From Patescibacteria group bacterium (GTDB taxonomy: Bacteria > Patescibacteriota > Minisyncoccia > Phycocordibacterales > SBAW01), in contig JACOWS010000006.1 of NCBI GenBank assembly GCA_016176685.1, forward strand, positions 1 through 61,188: 61,188 bases of DNA, in the 5' to 3' direction. Positions 46,579 through 55,474 of this stretch are shown here, piece after piece; within the stretch, counting starts at the first letter, position 1, and the number at the start of each line of letters is the position of its first letter. The position numbers and the translations under genes are program-made. The notes below the pieces were generated by a model, which was not told where the DNA came from, ran no database searches, and saw nothing but the letters and a program-made list of their open reading frames with translations.

Positions 46579-46898
46579 GAAGTGCCTTGGCTTGCTTTGG
46601 TAGCCGAGGCGATGCACTTCAAAATCGAAACTAGGGAGAATGATTATGGCTCATTTCCACGGACCCCCGATGAGTTCAATCAGCATCAATAACCGGGCCG
46701 TCATCCGCAACTGACCACTGGTGATCGGCCGCGCCATTAAGCAGGCGCAACAGGCTGATTTGGTCCTTTCAACAGGGAGTACGTTTCGCCATGAAGACCC
46801 TTCACGGCAGATTCACCCGGGCTGAGTAGTTTTCTCAGCCAGGTTTTCGATGTTCGTTCCCCGGGGTCCCGCTGCACTTCGCAGTCGGGGCCCTTTTT
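46579..46898 (+). other. self-contained ~320-nt transcription unit (sRNA or interrupted small ORF)
   Basis: TTGACA(46549)-N16-TAGTAT promoter, 5' hairpin, SD AGGGAG, ORF 46646-46825 with internal TGA at 46712, terminator 46864-46898. Confidence 0.5.
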
Positions 46899-46900
46899 AT

Positions 46901-46929
46901 TTGCACATATCACTCTGCCTTGCTATACT
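46901..46929 (+). promoter_or_regulatory. rpsA promoter
   Basis: TTGCAC-N17-TATACT with extended TGn. Confidence 0.7.
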
Positions 46930-47014
46930 GCCTGGCAATAAAGGGCTTGTCCTTTTATTAGAAAGCGCGAGAGTAACTCCCGACCTGGGACCCTCGCCTT
47001 ACAACCACATATAT

Positions 47015-48139
47015 ATGACAGCAAAAACACCGGCCGTATTGGATACGGTAACGTCTTTAGACGCAACCCAAGAGGCCCCCTCGCTTATGGCGGGGTTTGT
47101 TGAGCGCTCGGCGCAGCCGCCTAAAGAGGGCGACCTTGTCGAGGGCAAGGTTATAATGCTCGACCGCGCGCGGGTTTACATCGACCTGCCGCCCTTTGGC
47201 ACCGGCATCATTTATGGCCGCGAGTACCTTAACGCGCGCGAGGTTATCAAGCGCACCAACCCGGGCGACATCATTGCCGCCAAAGTGGTTGACGTTAACT
47301 CAAAAGAGGGATACATCGAACTATCGCTCAAAGAGGCGCGTCAGGCGCTCTTGTGGGGCGAGGCCGAAGAGGCGCTCAAAAACAAAACGCAGTTTGAACT
47401 GCCGGTCAAAGAGGCTAACAAAGGCGGACTCATTTTGGAGTGGCAAGGTATTGCCGGTTTCCTCCCCGCCTCGCAACTCAAAGCCGAGCACTACCCGCGC
47501 GTCTTGGACGGCGACAAAGACAAAATACTCGACGAGCTGCGCAAGCTGGTGGGCGAAAAGTTTACGGTTTCTATCATCTCGGCAACTCCGAAGGAAGGCA
47601 AACTTATTTTTTCTGAAAAAGGGCTGGATGACAAAGAAAAGCGCGACCTCATCGCCGGCTACCAGGTTGGCGCCGTTTTGGAGGGCGAGGTCACCGGCAT
47701 GGTGGACTTCGGCGCATTTGTAAAATTGGAAGAGGGGCTCGAGGGTTTGGTACACATTTCCGAAATCGACTGGGGCCTGGTAGACGACCCGCGGCACTTC
47801 TTTAAAGTCGGAGACAAAGTGACGGTCAAAATAATAGACATAAAAGAGGGCAAGGTCTCGCTTTCGGTCAAACAGCTCAAAGAAAATCCGTGGACCATTG
47901 CCGCCGACAAATACAAAAAAGGCGACAAGGTGGAGGGGGTGGTTATAAAGTACAACAAGCATGGCGCCCTGGCCTCTATAGAAGAAGGCATAGCCGGCCT
48001 GGTGCACGTGAGCGAGTTTGGCGGCGAGGAAAAGTTGCACCAAAATCTCGAACTTGGAAAGCGCTACCCATTTACTATTTCCCTCTTTGAGCCAAAAGAG
48101 ATGCGCATGGCGCTTGCCTTTTCCGGAGAAAAGAAATAG
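47015..48139 (+). CDS. rpsA: 30S ribosomal protein S1 (four S1 domains)
   Basis: Repeated S1 motifs (GFLPASQL, DFGAFVKL..GLEGLVHISEI, GLVHVSEF); start MTAKT at 47015. Confidence 0.92.
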   Translation: MTAKTPAVLDTVTSLDATQEAPSLMAGFVERSAQPPKEGDLVEGKVIMLDRARVYIDLPPFGTGIIYGREYLNAREVIKRTNPGDIIAAKVVDVNSKEGYIELSLKEARQALLWGEAEEALKNKTQFELPVKEANKGGLILEWQGIAGFLPASQLKAEHYPRVLDGDKDKILDELRKLVGEKFTVSIISATPKEGKLIFSEKGLDDKEKRDLIAGYQVGAVLEGEVTGMVDFGAFVKLEEGLEGLVHISEIDWGLVDDPRHFFKVGDKVTVKIIDIKEGKVSLSVKQLKENPWTIAADKYKKGDKVEGVVIKYNKHGALASIEEGIAGLVHVSEFGGEEKLHQNLELGKRYPFTISLFEPKEMRMALAFSGEKK

Positions 48140-48163
48140 GGAGTAAAAAATAAATAAAGATAT

Positions 48164-48198
48164 ACCCGCCTTAAGCTAGCTCAAGGCGGGTGCTTTTT
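48164..48198. terminator. terminator between rpsA and the response regulator
   Basis: ACCCGCCTT/AAGGCGGGT stem followed by GCTTTTT. Confidence 0.75.
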
Positions 48199-48217
48199 GC
48201 GTGTGGGCGGGACAATG

Positions 48218-48907
48218 CTATGCGGCGGTATGTTGTTGTTTTTTCTGACCGCGCAGTATGTACCCATAGCCCCAGACTGTCTCTGGGATAGTGGTTCCTC
48301 CGGCTTCGATAATTTTTTGCCGTATACGGAACACCAGCGTATCAAGCGCACGGGAGTCTGGCTCCCTTTCGCTGTTGTAGAGGTGTAGGAACACACCCGT
48401 CTTGGCGACCATCTCCCTCCTCAACATAAGCAGCCTGAGAAAAGAGTATTCTTTCGGACGTAGAGGCACCTCGGTGCCAAGTACCTTAAATGTTCTCGTT
48501 GTAAGGTTAATGGAAAGGTCTCCAACAACTACAAGCGGGGTTGCGTGACCATGAGCACGGCGTATCATCGCACGCAAACGCGCCATTAGCTCGTCCATGT
48601 CCGGAATGCGGTCCATACAATCGTCGGCTCCGCTGTCGAGAAACTCTTTCCGCTCCATTGGCCCGCCATCCACCAAAACAATTACCATAATAGATAACTT
48701 GCGTATGCGTGCGGTGCGTACCGTTTGGATGCTTGACAGATCAGCGGTAATGACACCGACTACCAACACATCAAACCCGCACAGCTTGGCGGCGCTGAGT
48801 GCATCCTCCCCGCTTTCCGTTATGTAGGAATACTCGCCATCCTCTCGAATAGAGTTACCGATGGCCTTAGCGACAGTTGGGTCGCTTTCTGCAACAATAA
48901 CGCGCAT
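48218..48907 (-). CDS. orphan OmpR-family, CtrA-like response regulator with degenerate receiver
   Basis: SD GGAGGT before MRVIVAESD; GADDC; RRAHGHA; HLYNSEREPD; ETVWGYGYILR; phospho-Asp position reads Gly. Confidence 0.82.
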   Translation of the reverse strand: MRVIVAESDPTVAKAIGNSIREDGEYSYITESGEDALSAAKLCGFDVLVVGVITADLSSIQTVRTARIRKLSIMVIVLVDGGPMERKEFLDSGADDCMDRIPDMDELMARLRAMIRRAHGHATPLVVVGDLSINLTTRTFKVLGTEVPLRPKEYSFLRLLMLRREMVAKTGVFLHLYNSEREPDSRALDTLVFRIRQKIIEAGGTTIPETVWGYGYILRGQKKQQHTAA

Positions 48908-48983
48908 TGCTCTACCTCCATGAGACAGTTTGAAGAACATAAACACTAATGCAGAAACTACCGCAAAACGCCTGGAGTTACAA

Positions 48984-49514
48984 CTACCGCGTATTGGTGG
49001 CGGTCATGGCAGGTGCCAGACCATCGGCCAGTAGCAGTGCGAGCGCTTCTTTGACCGTCTTTTTTACCTTTTTGAGTTTGTCGCGCTCTGCGGGTTTAAA
49101 TTGCCCGAGCACAAAGTCCACCACCTTTTTTGCGTCCGGCTTTTTGAGTTTGCCTCCCGGGGTGGTTGGACAAATCCCCACCCGCACGCGCACAAAGTCG
49201 CGCGTTTTTAATGCCTTTATTATAGACTCCACGCCGCGGTGGCCGCCGGAGCCGGAGCCAAACGAAAGTTTTACGCTCCCCAGCGGCAGGTCTAGGTCGT
49301 CATGGACCACCACCAGGCGCTCTGCGGCTTTTGGGGATGGCACCGCTTTTTTTATGGGGCCGCCAGAGTGGTTCATATAGACGTCAAGGTCCAATATTTT
49401 CGGTTTTCCGGGCAAGTCATTTGCCAGCGCATGCAAAAAGTCGCGCCCGACGTTGTGCCGGCTCCCTGTATACTCCTGCCCCGGGTTGCCGAGGCCCGCC
49501 AACATCCATTGCAT
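48984..49514 (-). CDS. pth: peptidyl-tRNA hydrolase
   Basis: GLGNPGQEYTGSRHNVG, YMNHSG, VVHDDLDL and GGHRGVES; start at 49514. Confidence 0.94.
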   Translation of the reverse strand: MQWMLAGLGNPGQEYTGSRHNVGRDFLHALANDLPGKPKILDLDVYMNHSGGPIKKAVPSPKAAERLVVVHDDLDLPLGSVKLSFGSGSGGHRGVESIIKALKTRDFVRVRVGICPTTPGGKLKKPDAKKVVDFVLGQFKPAERDKLKKVKKTVKEALALLLADGLAPAMTATNTR

Positions 49515-49571
49515 GTGTTGTACTGTAGCAAAAAACTTGCATAGGTGCACCAAGCCGGTACAATGGTGTGT

Positions 49572-50129
49572 ATGCAGGAAGAGTCTCGTGAGAATTTCTT
49601 TATCGAGCTCCTCAAATTTGCTCTCATCGCGGTTGTTATAGTCGTCCCGGTGCGGCTCTATGTTGCACAACCTTTTATTGTATCCGGCGCCTCTATGGAG
49701 CCGACCTTCGACAACGGACAATACCTTATTGTCGACGAGCTTTCCTACCGGCTGGAAGATCCGAGTCGCGGTGATGTCATAATTTTCCGTCCGCCCGGGC
49801 AATCCAATGGAACCTACTTTATAAAACGGGTCATCGGCTTGCCCGGCGAGACAGTACGCATTACCGACAGCGCGGTTTCTATCACCTCCATAGACGGCAT
49901 ACGGACAGAGCTCGACGAGTGGTACATAAAAAACATCGGCAACGGCAAAACGATGCAGGTTGCACTGGGGAAAGATGAATACTTTGTCATGGGTGACAAT
50001 CGGCCGGAAAGTTCCGACTCGCGCTACTGGGGAGTACTCCCGCGAGGAAACATTATCGGACGCGCACTATTTCGGCTCTTGCCGCTACAAAGTATCAGTA
50101 TCTTGCCCGGAAGTACGTCGTTTAAATAA
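49572..50129 (+). CDS. lepB: signal peptidase I
   Basis: SGASMEPTF (Ser), FIKRVIGLPGE (Lys) and GDNRPESSDSR. Confidence 0.95.
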   Translation: MQEESRENFFIELLKFALIAVVIVVPVRLYVAQPFIVSGASMEPTFDNGQYLIVDELSYRLEDPSRGDVIIFRPPGQSNGTYFIKRVIGLPGETVRITDSAVSITSIDGIRTELDEWYIKNIGNGKTMQVALGKDEYFVMGDNRPESSDSRYWGVLPRGNIIGRALFRLLPLQSISILPGSTSFK

Positions 50130-50146
50130 CGCTAAGTATTTCAATC

Positions 50147-51307
50147 ATGAGCCCTACACGAACCTCGCCCGTTTCCTTTTTAAAACTGTCGAGCGATGTT
50201 GCCTCTTTTTACGGGTTCCGCCCCATGCGCGAAGTTGAGCGTGCCTCGGCGGGAGCGTGGAAAAACCGCGAGCGTCCGCGCGCGCGCGCGACGCACACGT
50301 TCGACGCGGCTGCTGCAATGTGCGCGGCAAGCGCGTCGGTCTCCCAAGGCGAGCCGGTGCTCGCCTATTATGCAACTCCCTCCCCTTCGCCGCTTCCTCT
50401 CGGCTCCATAGTTCAAGAAGTCGGCGAGTTTGGACTCCAAGCGGTCGGCACGAGCGAGAGCGTCGGGGAAATTATTTTGCTCAAAACACTCTCTACCATT
50501 TTTGCCGAGTGGGGGACGCCGCCCACGCGCGTGCGGGTAAATGCGCTAGGCGACCGCGAGTCACAGCAACGGTTTGCCCGCGAGCTTTCCATACACGTGC
50601 GCAAGCATGCAAACCGCCTTCTCGCCGAGCACCGCGCCGCCATTATGGAAAACCCGATGCTTTTGTATCGTATAGAAGCGCCCGAACATCAGGAACTGCG
50701 CGCCGAAGCGCCGCACTCGCTCACCTACCTTTCCGAAAAGAGCCGCGCATACTTTCGCTCGATGCTCGAGCACTTGGAGGTTCTCGACATTCCGTGGGAG
50801 ATTGACGACTCGCTGGTGGGCGACCCGCGCGCGCCGCACGTTGCATTTGCACTCGACTTTGCCGAAGGAGACACCACTATTATCGCGGCCATGGGAGGGC
50901 GCTTCGACGACTACCTGCGCGAGCGCGCACAACGCAAAGACAGCACCGGGGTCGGCGCAAGTATTTTTTTTCGCAAAAAGGGCGCCTCGGCAAAAAACTT
51001 TGCAACATCCGTCGTAAAACAAAAACCAAAAATTTATTTTGCACAATTGGGAATCAAAGCCAAACTCCAGGGGCTTAAGGTGGTAGACCATCTGCGCAAG
51101 GCGCGCGTGCCGGTGATGCAGACATTCGAGGCCGCACACCTCTCCTCGCAGCTCACAACGGCGCGCGCGCTGGACGTGCAGTACCTGTTTATAATGGGCC
51201 AGCGCGAGGCCATCGACAGCACGGTGCTCGTGCGCTCAATGGACAACGGCGTCCAGGTGACTTTGTCCATACACGAGATTCCGCGGTTTTTGAGGACCTT
51301 GCGATAG
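50147..51307 (+). CDS. degenerate HisRS/HisZ-like protein with anticodon-binding domain
   Basis: GGRFDDY...GVGASI motif-3-like segment and C-terminal HGTP domain (YLFIMGQRE...VLVRSM); motifs 1 and 2 are eroded. Confidence 0.7.
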   Translation: MSPTRTSPVSFLKLSSDVASFYGFRPMREVERASAGAWKNRERPRARATHTFDAAAAMCAASASVSQGEPVLAYYATPSPSPLPLGSIVQEVGEFGLQAVGTSESVGEIILLKTLSTIFAEWGTPPTRVRVNALGDRESQQRFARELSIHVRKHANRLLAEHRAAIMENPMLLYRIEAPEHQELRAEAPHSLTYLSEKSRAYFRSMLEHLEVLDIPWEIDDSLVGDPRAPHVAFALDFAEGDTTIIAAMGGRFDDYLRERAQRKDSTGVGASIFFRKKGASAKNFATSVVKQKPKIYFAQLGIKAKLQGLKVVDHLRKARVPVMQTFEAAHLSSQLTTARALDVQYLFIMGQREAIDSTVLVRSMDNGVQVTLSIHEIPRFLRTLR

Positions 51308-51341
51308 GCACGATTCTTGTGCTACCATAGCCATATAACCT

Positions 51342-51599
51342 ATGGCGGTAAATGCGGAGGTCAGCAAAAATGATAACGAAACGGCGGTGAATTTAATACG
51401 CCGTTTTTCGCGTCGCGTGCAGGGCACCCGGCTTATACAGCAAGCGCGCGCGCGGCGCTACTACTCGCGCGACAAGTCGCGCATAGTAAAGCGCAAGCAC
51501 GCGCTTAAGGTACTCAAGCGGCGCGAGGAGGTGGCGGAGCTTATCAAACTGGGCAAAATGCTCGAGAAACCTCCGCACACCCGCGGCCGTCGCTCCTAG
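51342..51599 (+). CDS. rpsU: 30S ribosomal protein S21-like
   Basis: EV.K.DNE....LIRRFSRRVQ.TRLI..AR.RRYY pattern; highly basic. Confidence 0.75.
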   Translation: MAVNAEVSKNDNETAVNLIRRFSRRVQGTRLIQQARARRYYSRDKSRIVKRKHALKVLKRREEVAELIKLGKMLEKPPHTRGRRS

Positions 51600-51968
51600 A
51601 TGTCTACATTTTCTTTGGTTAACAAGACCCGCTTTACGGTAGGGAGTATTCCGTTTAAAAAGATAAAAGAATCTGTGCTCGGTACGGATTTCGACCTGTC
51701 GGTTGCGCTGGTCGGGCCCGCGGAGTCGCGCGCCATAACTCGCCAGACCAGACGGCAAGACCACGTGTCCAACGTACTCGCCTTCCTTCTTTCTAAAAAC
51801 TCGGGAGAAATCATTTTGTGTCCATCCGCGGCAAAAGAAGGTATCGGATACCTATTTATCCACGGACTCCTGCACAGTAAAGGACACGTCCATGGTGTTA
51901 CAATGGAGAAAGCGGAAGCGCGTCTGCAAAAGCAATTTCCTATATGCAAAAAACAGTCACCGGGATAG
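51600..51968 (+). CDS. ybeY: rRNA maturation endoribonuclease YbeY
   Basis: SNVLAF and IHGLLHSKGHVH Zn motif. Confidence 0.88.
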   Translation: MSTFSLVNKTRFTVGSIPFKKIKESVLGTDFDLSVALVGPAESRAITRQTRRQDHVSNVLAFLLSKNSGEIILCPSAAKEGIGYLFIHGLLHSKGHVHGVTMEKAEARLQKQFPICKKQSPG

Positions 51969-53122
51969 ACGTTGGCAGCTACCAGATAAAGGTGGTTATT
52001 GCCGCACCCGGAGACTCGCCGCGCGATACCCCGCGCATCCTCGGTACCGGCTACGCGGAGAGCCGCGGCCTTAAGCAGGGGTACATAGTTTCTATAGACG
52101 AGGTGGCTCGCTCTATAGTCGCCGCCGTTGCACAGGCCTCCAAGGCGGCGCGTGTAAAGGTCAAGCGCGTGTACCTGGGCGTTGGCGGCGTCGGGCTTGA
52201 AGAGGCCTTTTCCCGAGGAGAAACGGTGGTCGAGCGCGGCGACTCGGAAGTTACCGACCGAGATATCCCGCGCGCCATCGCGGCGAGTGAAACCGCGCTG
52301 GCACCGTCGATAATGCTCAACCGTAAAATTATACATACCATTCCACTGCACTATTTTGTCGACGGAGTGCGCGTGATGGGCAAAAGCCCCGTGGGGATGA
52401 AGGGTATGCGCCTTTCGGTGGAGGCGCTGTTTGTCACCTGCCTGGAGCGCCACCTCGACGACCTGGTCGAGGCGGTCGAGCGGGCTGGGTTGGAGGTTGA
52501 TGACGTAGCCGCCGCCCCGTTGGCGGCAAGTTTTGTCGCGCTCAACAACATGCAAAAACGGGTCGGGTGCGTGTTGGCAAACATCGGCTCGGAAACACTC
52601 TCCATTATTGTGTTTGAAGACGGCTTGCCGATATCTATAAAAGTATTTCCCACCGGAGCCGCCGACATCACCAACGACCTAGCGCTGGGCCTGCGCATAA
52701 GCCCCGAGGAGGCCGAGCAACTAAAACACGGCGCGGTGTTGGGAGCCCCTTTCTCCAAACGCAAAATTGACGACCTTATGTCGCGCAGGATGCAAGACAT
52801 GTTTAAGCTGGTGGAGTCGCACCTTAAAAAAATCGGCAAAGACGGTTTGCTTCCGGCGGGCATCATACTCACCGGTGGCGGCTCCTCCGTGCAAACAGTG
52901 TCCGACCTTGCCAAAGCGGTTTTGCGCCTGCCGGCTCGGACCGCGGCGCTTTCGGAAAGCGCCGGATCAAAAGTGCAGATGCGCGATGGTTCGTGGGCGG
53001 TTGCCTACGGGCTCACCATCTGGGGTTTTACCCAGGGCAATGGGCTTGAGGTATCCTCCCAGAGCGGTATGCATGACTTCATCGACATCTTTTGGCGTTT
53101 TATAAAAAAACTCTTGCCGTAG
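51944..53122 (+). CDS. ftsA: cell division protein FtsA
   Basis: GIDVGSYQIKV, ITNDLA, AEQLK and GIILTGGGS; upstream of ftsZ. Confidence 0.94.
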   Translation: MQKTVTGIDVGSYQIKVVIAAPGDSPRDTPRILGTGYAESRGLKQGYIVSIDEVARSIVAAVAQASKAARVKVKRVYLGVGGVGLEEAFSRGETVVERGDSEVTDRDIPRAIAASETALAPSIMLNRKIIHTIPLHYFVDGVRVMGKSPVGMKGMRLSVEALFVTCLERHLDDLVEAVERAGLEVDDVAAAPLAASFVALNNMQKRVGCVLANIGSETLSIIVFEDGLPISIKVFPTGAADITNDLALGLRISPEEAEQLKHGAVLGAPFSKRKIDDLMSRRMQDMFKLVESHLKKIGKDGLLPAGIILTGGGSSVQTVSDLAKAVLRLPARTAALSESAGSKVQMRDGSWAVAYGLTIWGFTQGNGLEVSSQSGMHDFIDIFWRFIKKLLP

Positions 53123-53247
53123 CGGTCAACGTAGACGGAACATAATTTTGTTTTGTCAAACCAGCCCTTAAAACAGGCGGGGTTTGCATTTCTGGCGAGA
53201 GTGGTATAGTGGTGAAGCTTATTCAGAAATTCATACCCTTACCATTT

Positions 53248-54426
53248 ATGCCGCAAGTACAACCGGAAGTAGAAGCATTCGCACGGATACGCGTTGTGGG
53301 AGTCGGCGGCTCGGGCTGTAATGCTATAAACCACATGGTCAACAGCAAAGTGCGCGGGGTAGACTTTATCGCCATCAACACCGACGCACAGGACCTGCAC
53401 CACTCGCTTGCCAAACGCAAGATCCACATCGGCAAAAACTTGACCCGCGGGCTCGGCACCGGTATGAACCCGGAGTTGGGCAAGCGCGCTGCGGAAGAAA
53501 CAAAGGAGGAAATCCAACAGACGCTTAAGGGCTCCGACATGGTATTTGTCGCGTGCGGCGAGGGCGGCGGCACGGGCACCGGCGCGGCGCCTATCGTGGC
53601 AAAGACCGCCAAGGAACTCGGCGCACTTACGGTCGCGGTGGTTACCCGGCCTTTCTCGTTTGAGGGTCTGCAGCGCCAACGCCTGGCAGAGCAAGGCATC
53701 GAAGAGTTGCGCAAAGAGGTAGATGCGCTCATTGTGGTCCCCAACGACCGACTGCTTGCCACCGTGCAAAAAGAAACGACGCTTAAAAGCGCTTTTGCCA
53801 TGTGCGATGACATACTCCTGCAGGCGGTTGAGGGTATCTCCGACCTTATAACCCACCCGGGCATTATCAATGTTGACTTTGCAGACGTGCGCGCGGTGAT
53901 GGAAAATTCCGGCTCGGCACTCATGGGCGTGGGGATCGCCTCGGGAGAAAACCGCGCTCAATCTGCGGCACAAATGGCCGTATCTTCTCCCCTGCTTGAG
54001 CTTTCTATAAACGGCGCCAAGGGAGTTTTGTTTGCCATCGCGGGCGGCGATGATCTGGGTATGATAGAGGTCCACGAGGCAGCCAAGATAATAACCGAGT
54101 CGGTCGACCCAAATGCCAAGATCATTTTTGGCGCCATCAAAGACGACAAACTCAAAAAGAGCGAGGTGCGCGTAACGGTTATCGCGACCGGCTTCCCGGC
54201 GGCCGGTATAAGCCCGCGCGGGACTCCGCTGTTTACCTTTGGACAGAGCGGCAAGGAAAAAGAGAACGAGAGCGACGCAGTGGGCCGCATATACCACACG
54301 CCGGTTCCGCAAAAAGGTAGGTCTGATGCCGATGAAAAACCGGCCGCTAAACCAAAACCGGAAGACAAAGAGGAGGACGAGTGGGGGGCGATACCAAGTT
54401 TCCTGCGCAGACCTAAGATTAAATAG
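53248..54426 (+). CDS. ftsZ: cell division protein FtsZ
   Basis: GGGTGTGAAP tubulin signature, INVDFADV and C-terminal IPSFLRR. Confidence 0.97.
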   Translation: MPQVQPEVEAFARIRVVGVGGSGCNAINHMVNSKVRGVDFIAINTDAQDLHHSLAKRKIHIGKNLTRGLGTGMNPELGKRAAEETKEEIQQTLKGSDMVFVACGEGGGTGTGAAPIVAKTAKELGALTVAVVTRPFSFEGLQRQRLAEQGIEELRKEVDALIVVPNDRLLATVQKETTLKSAFAMCDDILLQAVEGISDLITHPGIINVDFADVRAVMENSGSALMGVGIASGENRAQSAAQMAVSSPLLELSINGAKGVLFAIAGGDDLGMIEVHEAAKIITESVDPNAKIIFGAIKDDKLKKSEVRVTVIATGFPAAGISPRGTPLFTFGQSGKEKENESDAVGRIYHTPVPQKGRSDADEKPAAKPKPEDKEEDEWGAIPSFLRRPKIK

Positions 54427-54524
54427 ATTTCACGCACAAATTTAAAAAAGTCGGCGCTCCGGGCCGTTAAAGACACAAGTCTTACCGACTTTTTTAATTT
54501 TGTGCGCTCCTGTATACTGTTTCT

Positions 54525-55463
54525 ATGTACGACTTGGCGATAATCGGCGGAGGGCCCGCGGGGGTGTCGGCTGGCGTGTATGCGGCGCGCAAACGGCTCA
54601 ATACTATTTTTATAACCGAGACAATCGGCGGACAGAGCATGGACTCCGTCGAGATACAAAACTGGATAGGCACGCAAAAAATATCCGGGCTCGAACTTGC
54701 CAAGTCGCTCGAAGCTCACCTTAGGGCCTACGTAGCCGGCCTAGTAGATATCAAACAGGGTGTCCGCGTAGATAGGGTAGAGAAGACCGCTTCCGGTTTT
54801 ATGGTATACACCGACAAAAATACATTTGAAGCGCGAGCGGTGCTGGTTGCCACCGGCGGTGTGCGCCGCAAGCTCTCCGTGCCCGGCGCCAAGGAGTTTG
54901 AAAACAAGGGAGTTACCTACTGCGCCTCCTGCGACGGCCCGCTGTTTGCCGGCCAAGATGTCGCCGTGGTGGGCGGCGGCAACGCCGGGTTTGAAACTGC
55001 CGCTCAATTGCTTGCATACGCCAAGTCTGTCACGTTGGTGCACCGCAGTGGCGAGTTTAACAAAGCAGACAAATCAACCGTCGATGCGGTTATGGTTCAC
55101 CCAAATTTCAAAGCGCTCATCAACACCGAGCCCGTTGAGGTTAAAGGGGGTGGAGCCAATGGCAAAAACTTTGTAGGCGCTCTGGTTGTTAAAAACAACG
55201 CTACCGGGGTATTGCAGGATCTACCCGTTACCGGCGTGTTTGTGGAAGTAGGTATGCTCCCGGCCACCGACCTGGTAAAAGGCCTGGTGGAACTCGACCA
55301 ATTTAGTCGGATCATAGTCAACCCAAAAAATCAGCGCACATCTCAAGACGGCGTGTGGGCCGCGGGCGACTGCACCGATGAGCTGTATCATCAAAACAAC
55401 ATCGCCGCCGGCGACGGCGTCAAAGCGCTCGAGGACATCTACTTTTGGTTAAAACGGCAATAG
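54525..55463 (+). CDS. trxB: thioredoxin reductase / AhpF-like FAD oxidoreductase
   Basis: GGGPAG, YCASCDG, GGGNAG and WAAGD. Confidence 0.9.
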   Translation: MYDLAIIGGGPAGVSAGVYAARKRLNTIFITETIGGQSMDSVEIQNWIGTQKISGLELAKSLEAHLRAYVAGLVDIKQGVRVDRVEKTASGFMVYTDKNTFEARAVLVATGGVRRKLSVPGAKEFENKGVTYCASCDGPLFAGQDVAVVGGGNAGFETAAQLLAYAKSVTLVHRSGEFNKADKSTVDAVMVHPNFKALINTEPVEVKGGGANGKNFVGALVVKNNATGVLQDLPVTGVFVEVGMLPATDLVKGLVELDQFSRIIVNPKNQRTSQDGVWAAGDCTDELYHQNNIAAGDGVKALEDIYFWLKRQ

Positions 55464-55474
55464 CCGGGGCTGCA

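Noticed and set aside
46712-46714. UGA recoding (code 25 or selenocysteine) to explain the internal TGA
   Set aside because: TGA is a normal stop here (ATGA overlaps at 2096-2099 and 7462-7465), and no SECIS or sel genes are evident.
46850-49802. Upstream extensions of rpsA (46850), pth (49802) and the response regulator (48946), and likewise the nearby MBL gene (46555)
   Set aside because: They cross terminators, promoters or opposite-strand genes; internal starts match the family N-termini and promoter/SD positions.
50277-50290. (CG)7 run as a Z-DNA switch
   Set aside because: It is explained by Arg/Ala codons CGC/GCG that are common in this genome (similar run at 51444); there is no independent support.
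12283-54312. Long antisense ORFs (e.g. 12283-13311, 14779-16062, 21811-22869, 29466-30566, 44542-45414, 53239-54312)
   Set aside because: They lie opposite well-supported genes, have no motifs, and are expected as stop-poor shadows in GC-rich coding DNA.
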